Assembly: GCA_049297675.1 (NCBI GenBank)
Contig: JBAQUS010000006.1
Span: 1-57,152 of the forward strand
Direction: 5' to 3'
Source: Minisyncoccia bacterium
GTDB lineage: Bacteria; Patescibacteriota; Minisyncoccia; Phycocordibacterales; DATDWN01
DNA length: 57,152 nt
Part shown: one piece after another, positions 46,095-54,999 of the stretch
Layout of the letters: every line of letters starts with the position of its first letter
Numbering within the stretch: the stretch's first letter is position 1
Translations under genes and position numbers: made by a program
Notes under the pieces: model-generated
Seen by the model: the letters and a program-made list of their open reading frames with translations, nothing else
Databases searched by the model: none
What the model was told of the DNA's origin: nothing

Positions 46095-46234
46095 GCGATA
46101 CGAATATACGAATGTCATACGAATACTACAAATGTAAATACACTTACGAAAAGTGCATGCTAATATTCGTATGCCCTATTCGTTAAGGGTATCTAACATT
46201 CGTATCATTCGCATAAATTCGTAGATTGGTATCG
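46095..46234. repeat. ACGAAT-rich palindromic element, full copy, upstream of the methyltransferase start
   Basis: GCGATACGAATATACGAATGTCATACGAAT...ATTCGTATGCCCTATTCGTTAAGGGTATCTAACATTCGTATCATTCGCATAAATTCGTAGATTGGTATCG. Confidence 0.85.
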
Positions 46235-46237
46235 TGA

Positions 46238-46762
46238 TTAAATACCACTTACTAAAAAAGAAACTTGTCTCTCCCTGTCGTGATCAAGTTCAACTAACAT
46301 AATCTCTTGCCATCTGCCTTTTAGAATTTTTCCCTCATTTACTATTAGTGTAACGCTGGGATGGATCATCAACGCCTGAGCATGAGCATGACCGTTTATG
46401 CACTCGTTTATCACCCCGTTTTCATCAGGTTCGCAAAGATGTGTGTTTCGCTTGCCGTTTTTATTTTCTGCATGAGCAATATCGTTATGTCCGTAATCAT
46501 GCATCGGATCGGCAAAATTATCCAAAACCTTTCTGAGATCTGATATGTACCCAAGTTCCTCTGATGGACCGATCAAATTTTTCTCATTTTCGTTAACCCA
46601 AATTCCACAGGTTGTATGATGACACTGTATCAAAATTGAACCCCTCTTTATTCCAGACTTTTTTATAACCTCTTCGACATCAGAAGTAATAGTAATGAAC
46701 TCCGCTCTAAAACGAGTTTGGTATTTTTTAGTTTCCAAATGTGTATGATATTCTCCTGTCAT
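46238..46762 (-). CDS. YjbQ/UPF0047-family protein
   Basis: 174 aa with ILIQCHHTTCGIWVNENE and NGHAHAQALMIHPSVTLIVNEGKILKGRWQEIMLVELD. Confidence 0.75.
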   Translation of the reverse strand: MTGEYHTHLETKKYQTRFRAEFITITSDVEEVIKKSGIKRGSILIQCHHTTCGIWVNENEKNLIGPSEELGYISDLRKVLDNFADPMHDYGHNDIAHAENKNGKRNTHLCEPDENGVINECINGHAHAQALMIHPSVTLIVNEGKILKGRWQEIMLVELDHDRERQVSFLVSGI

Positions 46763-47544
46763 CCTATATATATTCCTGTTGGGTTGGGAACTGTGGCTAG
46801 AGTGGCTCTTGGAAGCTCAAAAATATAAACTCCTGATTCATTTCTATAAAACTTTGCTTTGGACTCATCTCCCAAAACATTCTCAAAATCTTTGATTTGA
46901 TTGTTAAAATATTGACCAGAAAGATACCTAATCTCACCTCTGGAAAACAACTTATTTTTGTCTTCCAAAAACTTTGCCATCGATGGATGAGTTGTGCCAT
47001 CACCCTCTACTATGTCACACAAATCCGCATGAGCCCTGCCGGCAACAACGAGAGTTGGACTTGATTCAGAAGTATGTCCAATAATCTCTTCTGCCATGAC
47101 TTCATCCCTTTTATTCCAACTATCTCTATCATCAAAAAAGAAAAAAGAATTAACTAAACCTTCGTCTTTTAGTTTTTTCATTAAACTAAAATATCCGGCG
47201 GTTATTCTGCCATCTGAACTATTCATTATCGAACCAAAATCCAAAACGCTGTCACTTTGAAAAAGCTGAGTTACTCTGGTCATGCTTTTATCCCACTCTA
47301 TTCCAAGTTTTTTGAACTTAAATTTTTTTATTAAAGTATAAACAATACTCGGATTCTCCTTGACCCCATGCATTTCGCCTAAGGCAAAAACCTTACCTGC
47401 AACAATATCATCAATAAGCATGTTGACTGCTTCTGCGTCAAAATCTGTTGGGACTTCAAAAACAGATTCCTTTATGGCTGTTTCAAAATCTTTCTTTTCC
47501 TTATCAAGATTACGCTCTTCCCCACCCGAAGTATTTTCAGTCAT
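46759..47544 (-). CDS. hypothetical protein (possible ChaN/Tiki-like fold)
   Basis: 261 aa with GEMHG...LGIEWD...VVAGRAHADL. Weak resemblance only. Confidence 0.45.
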   Translation of the reverse strand: MTENTSGGEERNLDKEKKDFETAIKESVFEVPTDFDAEAVNMLIDDIVAGKVFALGEMHGVKENPSIVYTLIKKFKFKKLGIEWDKSMTRVTQLFQSDSVLDFGSIMNSSDGRITAGYFSLMKKLKDEGLVNSFFFFDDRDSWNKRDEVMAEEIIGHTSESSPTLVVAGRAHADLCDIVEGDGTTHPSMAKFLEDKNKLFSRGEIRYLSGQYFNNQIKDFENVLGDESKAKFYRNESGVYIFELPRATLATVPNPTGIYIG

Positions 47545-47596
47545 GGAAAGAATTATACCAGAAGATGTTTATGAATAAAGACTTAGGTGTTGATTT

Positions 47597-48136
47597 CTAT
47601 TGCATACTTAGATTTACTCTTGTACTTTGTTTGCCTGTTATAGGTCCGTCATATATAACATAGTCGACTTTTTCCAATATTTCCCTTGGAACATCTTCGA
47701 GCTTTTCCATATGCTTTTCTCCTGAGAGATTGACTGATGTAGTAATAAAAGGCACACCCGCTTCAGAAATTATCTCAGTAAACCAGCTGTCTGGAATACG
47801 TACACCAAGTGTATCTAAAAAAGACACATCTGGTACAACTATATCTTTATTTTTAATTTTTAAAATTAATGTAAATGGTCCAGGAAGAATTTTTAAGTCA
47901 GATTCATTAACCATACAATTTTCTAGGATCCATTCCTTACTGGGAGCTATAACTGAAAACGGTTTTTCAAATCTATTTTTTATTACTCTCAATTTTTTTA
48001 CAGTATCCTCATTTGTAGCATCACAACCCATACCATAGATAGTGTCAGTTGGATAAATAAAAATCTTTCCAGCCTTAATGGCTGAGATAATTTCTTCTTT
48101 TTTTTCTCCAGTTTGTGACTTGTTTAGAATTATCAC
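47597..48136 (-). CDS. tsaC: L-threonylcarbamoyladenylate synthase (YrdC/TsaC domain)
   Basis: 179 aa with IFIYPTDTIYGMGCDATNEDTVKKLRVIKNRFEKPFSVI. Confidence 0.85.
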   Translation of the reverse strand: MIILNKSQTGEKKEEIISAIKAGKIFIYPTDTIYGMGCDATNEDTVKKLRVIKNRFEKPFSVIAPSKEWILENCMVNESDLKILPGPFTLILKIKNKDIVVPDVSFLDTLGVRIPDSWFTEIISEAGVPFITTSVNLSGEKHMEKLEDVPREILEKVDYVIYDGPITGKQSTRVNLSMQ

Positions 48137-48149
48137 TTATATCCCAATC

Positions 48150-48527
48150 TTAACCTTCTATCTCATCCATCTTTTTCATAATCATATTATACAACGTCTC
48201 TTCATCTTCCTGATGTGCCTGCATACGTGCTTCTTCCAAGCATTGTAATGCTTCGTCTTTGTCTCCCGCGGCAAGATATACATCTGATCGAAGAATGTTA
48301 AACATCATTGTCGCTTTGCTCGTGTTTACTCTTCTTACTAATTCCTCTTGCTGAAAAGTCCACTCCATTACAAATTTCATTGTTTCTGGATCATCTGGGC
48401 CTGTAGCTCGAAGTCTTTCTAGAACTTCTTCTGTTTCTATTTCTATACTTTCATTATTTGGTGGTCCTTCATTATCCATATAGAGTAAGTATACTAAAAA
48501 ATAGAACAAAAAATCTTTACTATTCAC
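48150..48527 (-). CDS. hypothetical acidic helical protein
   Basis: 125-aa ORF. The true start may be the internal MDNEGPP. Confidence 0.4.
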   Translation of the reverse strand: MNSKDFLFYFLVYLLYMDNEGPPNNESIEIETEEVLERLRATGPDDPETMKFVMEWTFQQEELVRRVNTSKATMMFNILRSDVYLAAGDKDEALQCLEEARMQAHQEDEETLYNMIMKKMDEIEG

Positions 48528-48734
48528 TTTGTTCAGAACACTGAATTTATAGTCATTGTCATTCCTTAAAAATTCGCTGGGTGGCTGACTTGGAGTTGAG
48601 TTTTACAAACTCTGTACCCCAATTGGATTTTTTAATTCACTTCGTTCCTAAAAAATCTCAATCGGGCTTCGACTCCCGACGCAAGCTCTCCCAGAGCTTG
48701 CTTAGCCTACCAAAAAACTGCTCCGCACTTTTTT

Positions 48735-48807
48735 GGGTGGCTACTGGGAGTCGAACCCAGACAGGGAGCTCCACAAGCTCACGTGCTACCGCTACACCAT
48801 AGCCACC
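48735..48807 (-). tRNA. tRNA-His (GTG)
   Basis: GGTGGCTATGGTGTAGCGGTAGCACGTGAGCTTGTGGAGCTCCCTGTCTGGGTTCGACTCCCAGTAGCCACCC folds as a cloverleaf with the extra G-1:C73 pair typical of tRNA-His. The anticodon loop is TTGTGGA. No CCA is encoded. Confidence 0.9.
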
Positions 48808-48866
48808 ATTTTGTCCCGAGCAAAGCTGGGGAATTAACAATTTATAACAGAAAAATGATGAAAAAT

Positions 48867-49511
48867 CTAGAGTGGCAACTTTTCATTTTTTCTTTTTTTA
48901 AAATAAGCATAAACTAATCCAGAGAGTATGAGTATAAAAACTATTAATTGGATAATTGACTCAATCGATTCAGAACTGTGAATGATGTCCCCTAGAACCG
49001 AAAGCCCCGCGTAACCAAAATATATGTAGAGAAAATCCCGAACTATAGAACCTAGAAAAGTAGAAACGACAAAAATCTTAAGTGGTATTTTTAAAACACC
49101 ACTTCCTATTGAAACAACCGAACTCGGCACAATCGGTATTGCTCTCATAAAAAACATGATCAGATAGTCTTTTGTCTTGCCAGTAAACTTTTTCCCAAAT
49201 GACTCAATATCGGCATGACTTACACCAAAGAATTTCTCCATTACCCCAGAAAAATAGTCTTCTATTTTATCTGCCAAATAATAAACAACCAGTGACCCGA
49301 GAAGTTTACCCAAAGACCCTAGAATGGTTAAAAGAAACAGATAGGATATTCCCCTACCTTGAACGGAGGCCAAAGATCCTGTGACAGTCATTATGATAGG
49401 AGATGGAATAGGAGCTATTATTTCCTCAACAATTGATGCAAAAAAAGTAAAAAACTCCAGAGGGACTGTTTTTGCAAGTAAAATAAGTGAGTTTTCTATG
49501 TTTGTAAACAT
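48867..49511 (-). CDS. DedA-family membrane protein
   Basis: Start set at MFTNIENS because the 15 upstream ORF codons overlap tRNA-Leu. Multi-pass membrane protein with the DedA/SNARE-associated pattern. Confidence 0.75.
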   Translation of the reverse strand: MFTNIENSLILLAKTVPLEFFTFFASIVEEIIAPIPSPIIMTVTGSLASVQGRGISYLFLLTILGSLGKLLGSLVVYYLADKIEDYFSGVMEKFFGVSHADIESFGKKFTGKTKDYLIMFFMRAIPIVPSSVVSIGSGVLKIPLKIFVVSTFLGSIVRDFLYIYFGYAGLSVLGDIIHSSESIESIIQLIVFILILSGLVYAYFKKRKNEKLPL

Positions 49512-49599
49512 TGGTGCTCGGGAGAGGACTCGCACCTCCACGCCCTTAACGGGCACAAGAACCTCAATCTTGCTTGGCTACTAATTACAACACCCGAGC
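49512..49599 (-). tRNA. tRNA-Leu (GAG), CCA encoded
   Basis: GCTCGGGTGTTGTAATTAGTAGCCAAGCAAGATTGAGGTTCTTGTGCCCGTTAAGGGCGTGGAGGTGCGAGTCCTCTCCCGAGCACCA. It has a 7-bp acceptor stem, the anticodon stem CAAGA/TCTTG with loop TTGAGGT, and a long variable arm. Confidence 0.85.
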
Positions 49600-50274
49600 A
49601 TATTTTTTTTGTTGTTGTCTTTCAACACTGAGAGCTTTTTGAATTTTTATTTTCTTTCTTGAAAGACATTTAACACGCGGATTATAGTACATATTTCGGA
49701 TAATGACTATGGCTTCTTTTTTTGCATATTTAAGCTGTAAGGTAGATTTCTTTCCATCACTAGTAATATGTCCTATTACTCTCAGTCTATCATTTAGTTC
49801 TTTCTGTAACCAAACAATGTGTTTTTTACTCGCCGAAACAAACTCAATGTAAAACATGTGGCTTGATCTCCATCTAGGATCCCAATAAGAATAAAATGTC
49901 CCATCACCATCAAAACATCCACGCAGATAGTCAAAGAAATATTTATCTGGAATAGTCACTGCCCCTATAATTTTAGATTTAGCTTGACTCAGTCCAATTG
50001 AAACAAGAAAGTTGTAAAAAATAATATCTCCAAATTGAATATGATAATACTCTTTCTTTTTTGATGGACCTCTAGATTTTAGTCCACTTTTTACTTTTAA
50101 ACCTAAACATTGTTTAAAATTGTCTGCTTGCTCTTTGTCCTTAGTTGTAAGACTCATATGTCTTTTGTCGTTATACAAGCAACCATCTGTAACCAAAAGA
50201 CCTATAGCATACGCAAAATTAGAAGACCATTTGATTTTTATCTTCCCCATTGGTTTAGGACCTCTTTTACCCAT
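49585..50274 (-). CDS. LAGLIDADG homing endonuclease (double-motif), free-standing
   Basis: 229 aa with two LAGLIDADG motifs, FAYAIGLLVTDGCL and FDYLRGCFDGDGTF. The last 5 codons overlap the 5' end of tRNA-Leu. Confidence 0.85.
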   Translation of the reverse strand: MGKRGPKPMGKIKIKWSSNFAYAIGLLVTDGCLYNDKRHMSLTTKDKEQADNFKQCLGLKVKSGLKSRGPSKKKEYYHIQFGDIIFYNFLVSIGLSQAKSKIIGAVTIPDKYFFDYLRGCFDGDGTFYSYWDPRWRSSHMFYIEFVSASKKHIVWLQKELNDRLRVIGHITSDGKKSTLQLKYAKKEAIVIIRNMYYNPRVKCLSRKKIKIQKALSVERQQQKKYARVL

Positions 50275-50351
50275 ATTTCCATGTTATCATAATGCTCAAG
50301 GTAATAGCAACTACCAATTTAGTCAGATTAATAAAATCCCGAATGTGTTTA

Positions 50352-50810
50352 TTATTCTGATATTGTTTCAACTGTTTCTACTAGAGTCTCAACTTCTTCT
50401 TTTTGTTCCTCATAGGCCACCACTTCTGGGAGAGCACGTATGTTTCTCATCTGTCTTCGAATTTCCTTGGCTGCTTTGTCACGCACATGGTAAAGCTTGG
50501 CTCGTCTGACCTTTGATCTTTTCAGTGTCTCGATTGAGTCAATCATAGGAGAGTACAGTGGGAAAATTTTCTCAACACCGACGCCAGAGGCTACACGACG
50601 GACGGTAAAAGTGGCTCCAGCTTCCTTTCCATGCTTTACGGCAATAACCAGTCCTTCAAAAGCCTGAAGTCTAAGTTTTCCTTTTTCAACTATTCTCTGC
50701 TGAACACGAACAGTATCTCCTGACCTAATATCAAGTGATTTTCTAGACTGGATATTGATTGGTGCTAAAACTATCTTTTCGAGATTTTCTTTTGCTTTTG
50801 GTGGCGTCAT
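50352..50810 (-). CDS. rplS: 50S ribosomal protein L19 (with C-terminal extension)
   Basis: FRSGDTV-type core [45 protein letters not shown]...[11 protein letters not shown]. Confidence 0.95.
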   Translation of the reverse strand: MTPPKAKENLEKIVLAPINIQSRKSLDIRSGDTVRVQQRIVEKGKLRLQAFEGLVIAVKHGKEAGATFTVRRVASGVGVEKIFPLYSPMIDSIETLKRSKVRRAKLYHVRDKAAKEIRRQMRNIRALPEVVAYEEQKEEVETLVETVETISE

Positions 50811-50890
50811 AGTGTTTAGCAGACTAACATAAGATTACACTACCTGCAAATAGTATATCTGTGGTTTATTTATCAATATGAATAATATTA

Positions 50891-51616
50891 TTAATTTATT
50901 AATCTCAATGCTTTTTCAAAATCCTCCGAGTATGGAGCAGTCACAGTATGAGTTACACCATCTAAACCTTCAAAAGTCACATCCTTTGAGTGTAGTGCAG
51001 TCCTCTCAAGGCCAAGAGAGTTCTCCCTGTTTGGTGTGTAAAGTGAATCGCCAACCAGAGGATGATTTATGGCTTTCATATGAACCCTTATCTGGTGAGT
51101 CCTCCCTGTTTTTGGGAAAATTTCAAGAAAAGAATAATCCTTGTTTTTTGACAACACTTTGTATTCCGTTACCGCTTCTCTCAACTCCCCTCTTGCCCCA
51201 CGCTGTGCTGACCATTTACGAAAGTCTGAACTGCTTCTGCCTATGGGACGATCTATTACTCCACTATCATTTTTCATCTCACCGAAAACAAATGCTTCGT
51301 ATTTTTTTACTATTTTGTGTTCTTGAAATTGTTTTTTAAGATTTTCAAAAGACTTTTGGTTTTTAGCCACGAGCATCACTCCGGAAGTATCCCTATCAAG
51401 GCGATGAACGATCCCGGAACGCAATATCTCTTTGCCCTCACTATCTCTCCCCGGTTCTCCGATATTTTTTATATCTGGGTACTTAGTAACCAACCAATCA
51501 ACTAAAGTCTCTCCTTTTGTCTTCGTGCCGCCATGAACAACAAGCCCAGCAGGCTTATCTACAACCAAAACATCCTCATCTTCATATAAAACAGTCGGTT
51601 GCATATTACTTGACAT
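50891..51616 (-). CDS. RluA-family pseudouridine synthase
   Basis: VLVVDKPAGLVVH and HRLDRDTSGVM. The ORF is open to 51655, so the start is uncertain (MSSNM or MQPTV). Confidence 0.85.
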   Translation of the reverse strand: MSSNMQPTVLYEDEDVLVVDKPAGLVVHGGTKTKGETLVDWLVTKYPDIKNIGEPGRDSEGKEILRSGIVHRLDRDTSGVMLVAKNQKSFENLKKQFQEHKIVKKYEAFVFGEMKNDSGVIDRPIGRSSSDFRKWSAQRGARGELREAVTEYKVLSKNKDYSFLEIFPKTGRTHQIRVHMKAINHPLVGDSLYTPNRENSLGLERTALHSKDVTFEGLDGVTHTVTAPYSEDFEKALRLIN

Positions 51617-51659
51617 ATTATACTGAGCATGATAGAATTGCAAGCAGAGGTGCATAGGA

Positions 51660-51786
51660 GCCTACTTCTAACACACAGTGAAATTCACTGGACGCTTGAC
51701 TAAGAGACCCCAAATTCGGGAGCACGACTCCCCAAGGGCGATACCAGTCATGCTGTTACAAGAAAAAACTGTTGTTAGAAGTAGGC
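51660..51786. repeat. G+C-rich structured intergenic element bounded by 14-nt perfect inverted repeats
   Basis: GCCTACTTCTAACA...TGTTAGAAGTAGGC. The interior has GGGAG-CACGA-CTCCC and ACTGG/CCAGT pairings. It sits between the uppS terminator and the rlu gene. Confidence 0.4.
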
Positions 51787-51787
51787 T

Positions 51788-51824
51788 AAAATAAGGCCCG
51801 GGGGAAGAGAGATCTTCCTCCGGG
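51788..51824 (-). terminator. rho-independent terminator of uppS
   Basis: Reverse strand reads CCCGGAGGAAGA-TCTC-TCTTCCCCCGGG followed by CCTTATTTT. Confidence 0.7.
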
Positions 51825-51832
51825 TTAATGTA

Positions 51833-52552
51833 TTACTTCCCCATTCTTCTTTCTCTTTCATTAAATTCCTCAATGATTGATTGAAACTCCTCCTTGGAAA
51901 AATCCGGCCAGAAGGTTTTGGTAAAAAAAAGTTCGCTGTAAACCCCTTGCCACGGAAGAAAGCCAGAGAGTCTCATCTCGCCAGATGTGCGGATAATAAT
52001 ATCTGGATCTGGCATAGGATAAGTTTGCATATAACGTGCAAAATATTCTTCAGTTATTTCCTCATCTTTTGGGTTTTCCTTAAGGATTTTTTTTACCGCT
52101 GATAATATCTCCGTCCTACCACCGTAGTTTAATGCAAAATAAACACATGTGCCTGTATTGTTTTTTGTTTTTTCGGTTGCCTGAAGAATTATTTTTTGAA
52201 TATCTTCTGAAAATCTTTTTATATCCCCTGCTACTCTGACGACGATATTTTGTTCATTTAATTTATCTATTTCTTTGTCAAAATAAATTTTAAAGAGAGA
52301 CATCAAATAATCTACCTCCTCTTTTGCCCGGTTCCAGTTTTCAGTCGAGAAAGTAAAAAAGATAAGATTTTTAATTCCAACTTCGTTTGCAAATTTAGCA
52401 ATTTTTTTGACAGATTCCAGACCAGCTCTATGACCCTCAAGAAGTGGGAGTCCCTTAGCCCTAGCCCATCTCCTATTACCGTCCATGATTATTCCAACAC
52501 AATTTGGGGTCTTTTCTACTATTTCCAAGTTAGCATTTTGCTTTTCACTCAT
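51833..52552 (-). CDS. uppS: undecaprenyl diphosphate synthase (cis-prenyltransferase)
   Basis: 239 aa with GIIMDGNRRWA and IRTSGEMRLSGFLPWQ. Confidence 0.95.
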   Translation of the reverse strand: MSEKQNANLEIVEKTPNCVGIIMDGNRRWARAKGLPLLEGHRAGLESVKKIAKFANEVGIKNLIFFTFSTENWNRAKEEVDYLMSLFKIYFDKEIDKLNEQNIVVRVAGDIKRFSEDIQKIILQATEKTKNNTGTCVYFALNYGGRTEILSAVKKILKENPKDEEITEEYFARYMQTYPMPDPDIIIRTSGEMRLSGFLPWQGVYSELFFTKTFWPDFSKEEFQSIIEEFNERERRMGK

Positions 52553-52617
52553 TTTAATAATGTTACACTCATTTTACAAACCAGACAATATGAGATATTC
52601 TGAACGCATTCGATTAT

Positions 52618-52691
52618 GCGGGATTAGCTCAGTTGGTACGAGCAATCGCTTTACACGCGAAAGGTCACAGGTTCGACCCCTGTATCCCGCA
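52618..52691 (+). tRNA. tRNA-Val (TAC)
   Basis: GCGGGATTAGCTCAGTTGGTACGAGCAATCGCTTTACACGCGAAAGGTCACAGGTTCGACCCCTGTATCCCGCA folds as a cloverleaf with anticodon loop TTTACAC. Confidence 0.9.
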
Positions 52692-52715
52692 CTTTATTTC
52701 TAAATTAATAATAAA

Positions 52716-53219
52716 ATGACAAACCGAGAATATTATTTGAAAATGTTTAAGTCAGAGTTACCAATATTTATGAGAGTTTTTAAAGCCGTTGAACAAACTC
52801 CTAAAACTAAACATGGTCATAGACATGATCCTAGAGGAAAAAGTGCGCTTGAGCTTATGTCACAAACTTTTGCTACAGAGGGCGTATCGCTAGTTGATAT
52901 TGTCAAAACTGGAAAAGTTGACTTCGCTAAACTCATGAAAAAGCCTATGCCCAAAACAGTAAAGGATTCATCAAAAATTTTTGAAAAGAAGATAAAGGAA
53001 GTTATGGTAATAATTTCTAAAATGAAAGACGTTAAGTGGGAAAAAGACAAGGCTCAAATGCTTTCTGGATCAAAAGTTGAATGGGAGACCACAATGATGG
53101 ATATGATGTGGGCAATGTTATTCGATCTTATTCACCACAGAGGACAACTCTCGACATACATTCGCCCGATGGGTGGAAAAGTGCCATCTATTTATGGACC
53201 CTCTGCCGATTCAAAATAA
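52716..53219 (+). CDS. DinB-superfamily protein
   Basis: 167 aa with the C-terminal LIHHRGQLSTYIRPMGGKVPSIYGPS typical of the DinB/YfiT fold. Confidence 0.75.
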   Translation: MTNREYYLKMFKSELPIFMRVFKAVEQTPKTKHGHRHDPRGKSALELMSQTFATEGVSLVDIVKTGKVDFAKLMKKPMPKTVKDSSKIFEKKIKEVMVIISKMKDVKWEKDKAQMLSGSKVEWETTMMDMMWAMLFDLIHHRGQLSTYIRPMGGKVPSIYGPSADSK

Positions 53220-53262
53220 TAACTGAATATTTATAAAATAGTGAGAATATGTTAGGGTATTC

Positions 53263-54912
53263 TCACACTTGTATCGAGAAATTATAAGAAGTTACAATTT
53301 CTCTATCAAGTATGCTCTCGTAGCTCAATGGATAGAGTAGAGCTCTTCTAAGGCTTTGATGTTGGTTCGATTCCAACCGAGAGCACAAAATAGGACTTCG
53401 GTCAGTTTCAGAAAAAGAAATCGGGGAAATCACGGCGGATTCGTTTTGCCGAACGGCAAAACGGGCAAGGGTGGTCTGGGCGAATTCGTATTCTGGTTTC
53501 CAAATCCAAGAGGGGGATTTTTCGGAAATGAGGCGGTTCGTTCCAATTTTTTGAACAAACTCCGATATCTCTCCAAGAGATTCCGCAGAAGCAATTTTTT
53601 CCGCTTGAGTTAAGGTTTTTATGTATTCTCTGGCTGGTTCGATCCAGCTACTGACATGCTTCCGCAGAAGCGACTCCTTTTCATTTTTGAGAGATATTTT
53701 TTGCTCGACAAACTGACTCTTTTTCGTGCGATATGTGTCCTCATCAATCAAATTGTCTAAATAACCACTGACCAGTTTGTCGAGCTTTTCATCTATCAAA
53801 AATATTTTCTTTGAGATCGCTTCTGCAGAAACATTAGCTGACTTAGTTTCTTTCTTTTCTTCAATATCGAGCATGGTATGTAATTCACGTGTCCAATTAG
53901 CCGGTAAAGCGATCGTCAGCGATTTTTCTATGATTTTCCTTTTCAAATCATTTTCTTGCATATACTTCTCGCTACACTCTCCGTGCTTCCTTGTGCAACG
54001 ATAATATCTGTAAGTGCCACCATTACCATGTGTCCACTGTGCCGTAATCATCGAGCCACATGAACAATGGAATAATCCGACAAAAGGAAAATCATGTTTT
54101 GATTTGGTTTTGCGAGGTCTGCTTCTCTCTCGCAAAACTTCCGCAACTTTTGTAAATAATTGTTTTGTAATAAGTGGCTGGAATTTTCCTTCATACGCTT
54201 CACCATTCCACATCATCACGCCCATATATAATTCATTACAAAGAAAATGTTCAATGGCGAAATTAGATTTTGTTTTTCCATCGGTTAATTTAGCAAAATA
54301 TTCGGCGATACTGTTAAAGGTATGAGTTCCAGTGGCGTATTCGGCAAAAACCTTTTTAACAATTTTGGCTTCTCTCGGCTCTGGTACAATATTGCGAAGT
54401 CTGTGGTCGTAAATATATCCAAACGGTTTTTGTCCTGGCCATCCGCCCTGTCGAAGTTTGGCTCGATTGCCACGCTTCACATTCTCTGACAGATTGTCTA
54501 TGTAATATTTGGCATTTGATAATCCGATAGAGAGAAAGAATTTGCCAGACGGCGTATTATCAAAAGCAAAAGTGGGAAATTTCAAATCAGCTAGTTTGCC
54601 AGTGTCTAGTAGATAAATCAAACGCCCACCATCTACTGAATTACGAGACAATCTGTCTGGGTTCCACGAAAGAATACCAAACTGATGAGGAAGACCAGCA
54701 TCTAATTTGTTGAGCATGGTGTTAAATACTTCACGACCAGGAACTTTGGCTGTTTTCTTTTCAATAAAAGTTTCCACAATTTCAATATGCTCACGCTCGG
54801 CAAATTCTTTCAGCTCGGTGTGTTGCGATTCCAAACTCAAAACTTGGCGATCTTCCTCATCAGTGGATTTGCGAATGTAGAGAAAATATTTTAGTGGTGT
54901 TTGATTGTTCAT
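53263..54912 (-). CDS. large serine recombinase (phage-integrase/transposase type)
   Basis: 549-aa ORF with the N-terminal resolvase catalytic domain (YIRKSTDEEDRQVLSLESQ...NPDRLSRN), a recombinase domain and a Cys-rich zinc ribbon (CSCGSMI...YYRCTRK...C). The last ~40 codons read antisense through tRNA-Arg, so the functional C-terminus is uncertain. Confidence 0.9.
   Translation of the reverse strand: MNNQTPLKYFLYIRKSTDEEDRQVLSLESQHTELKEFAEREHIEIVETFIEKKTAKVPGREVFNTMLNKLDAGLPHQFGILSWNPDRLSRNSVDGGRLIYLLDTGKLADLKFPTFAFDNTPSGKFFLSIGLSNAKYYIDNLSENVKRGNRAKLRQGGWPGQKPFGYIYDHRLRNIVPEPREAKIVKKVFAEYATGTHTFNSIAEYFAKLTDGKTKSNFAIEHFLCNELYMGVMMWNGEAYEGKFQPLITKQLFTKVAEVLRERSRPRKTKSKHDFPFVGLFHCSCGSMITAQWTHGNGGTYRYYRCTRKHGECSEKYMQENDLKRKIIEKSLTIALPANWTRELHTMLDIEEKKETKSANVSAEAISKKIFLIDEKLDKLVSGYLDNLIDEDTYRTKKSQFVEQKISLKNEKESLLRKHVSSWIEPAREYIKTLTQAEKIASAESLGEISEFVQKIGTNRLISEKSPSWIWKPEYEFAQTTLARFAVRQNESAVISPISFSETDRSPILCSRLESNQHQSLRRALLYPLSYESILDREIVTSYNFSIQV
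53314..53385 (+). tRNA. tRNA-Arg (TCT)
   Basis: GCTCTCGTAGCTCAATGGATAGAGTAGAGCTCTTCTAAGGCTTTGATGTTGGTTCGATTCCAACCGAGAGCA folds as a cloverleaf with anticodon loop CTTCTAA. The last 6 nt lie inside the left 162-bp inverted repeat. Confidence 0.9.
53380..53541. repeat. left arm of 162-bp inverted repeat (includes the recombinase 3' coding end and the last 6 nt of tRNA-Arg)
   Basis: Reverse complement of 55000-55161 with about 5 mismatches and no indels seen. Confidence 0.9.
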
Positions 54913-54999
54913 GGCGATAGGATTTTAATTAGTATAGCAAAAACTGCTTCTTCAAAAAATTGGAAACAAAACTTATTTTTGTAATTTGCTTTACAAATG

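Noticed and set aside
48578-48712. tRNA-like fragments downstream of tRNA-His: an anticodon-arm-like AAGCT-CTGGGAG-AGCTT (Pro GGG) with a T-arm-like TCGGG...CCCGA, and a second ...GTCAGCCACCCA end resembling the tRNA-His 3' end
   Set aside because: No complementary acceptor 5' strand is present, the T-loop is 8 nt, and no full cloverleaf can be drawn. These are probably decayed tRNA or att-site remnants. A tRNAscan-SE/ARAGORN run would settle it.
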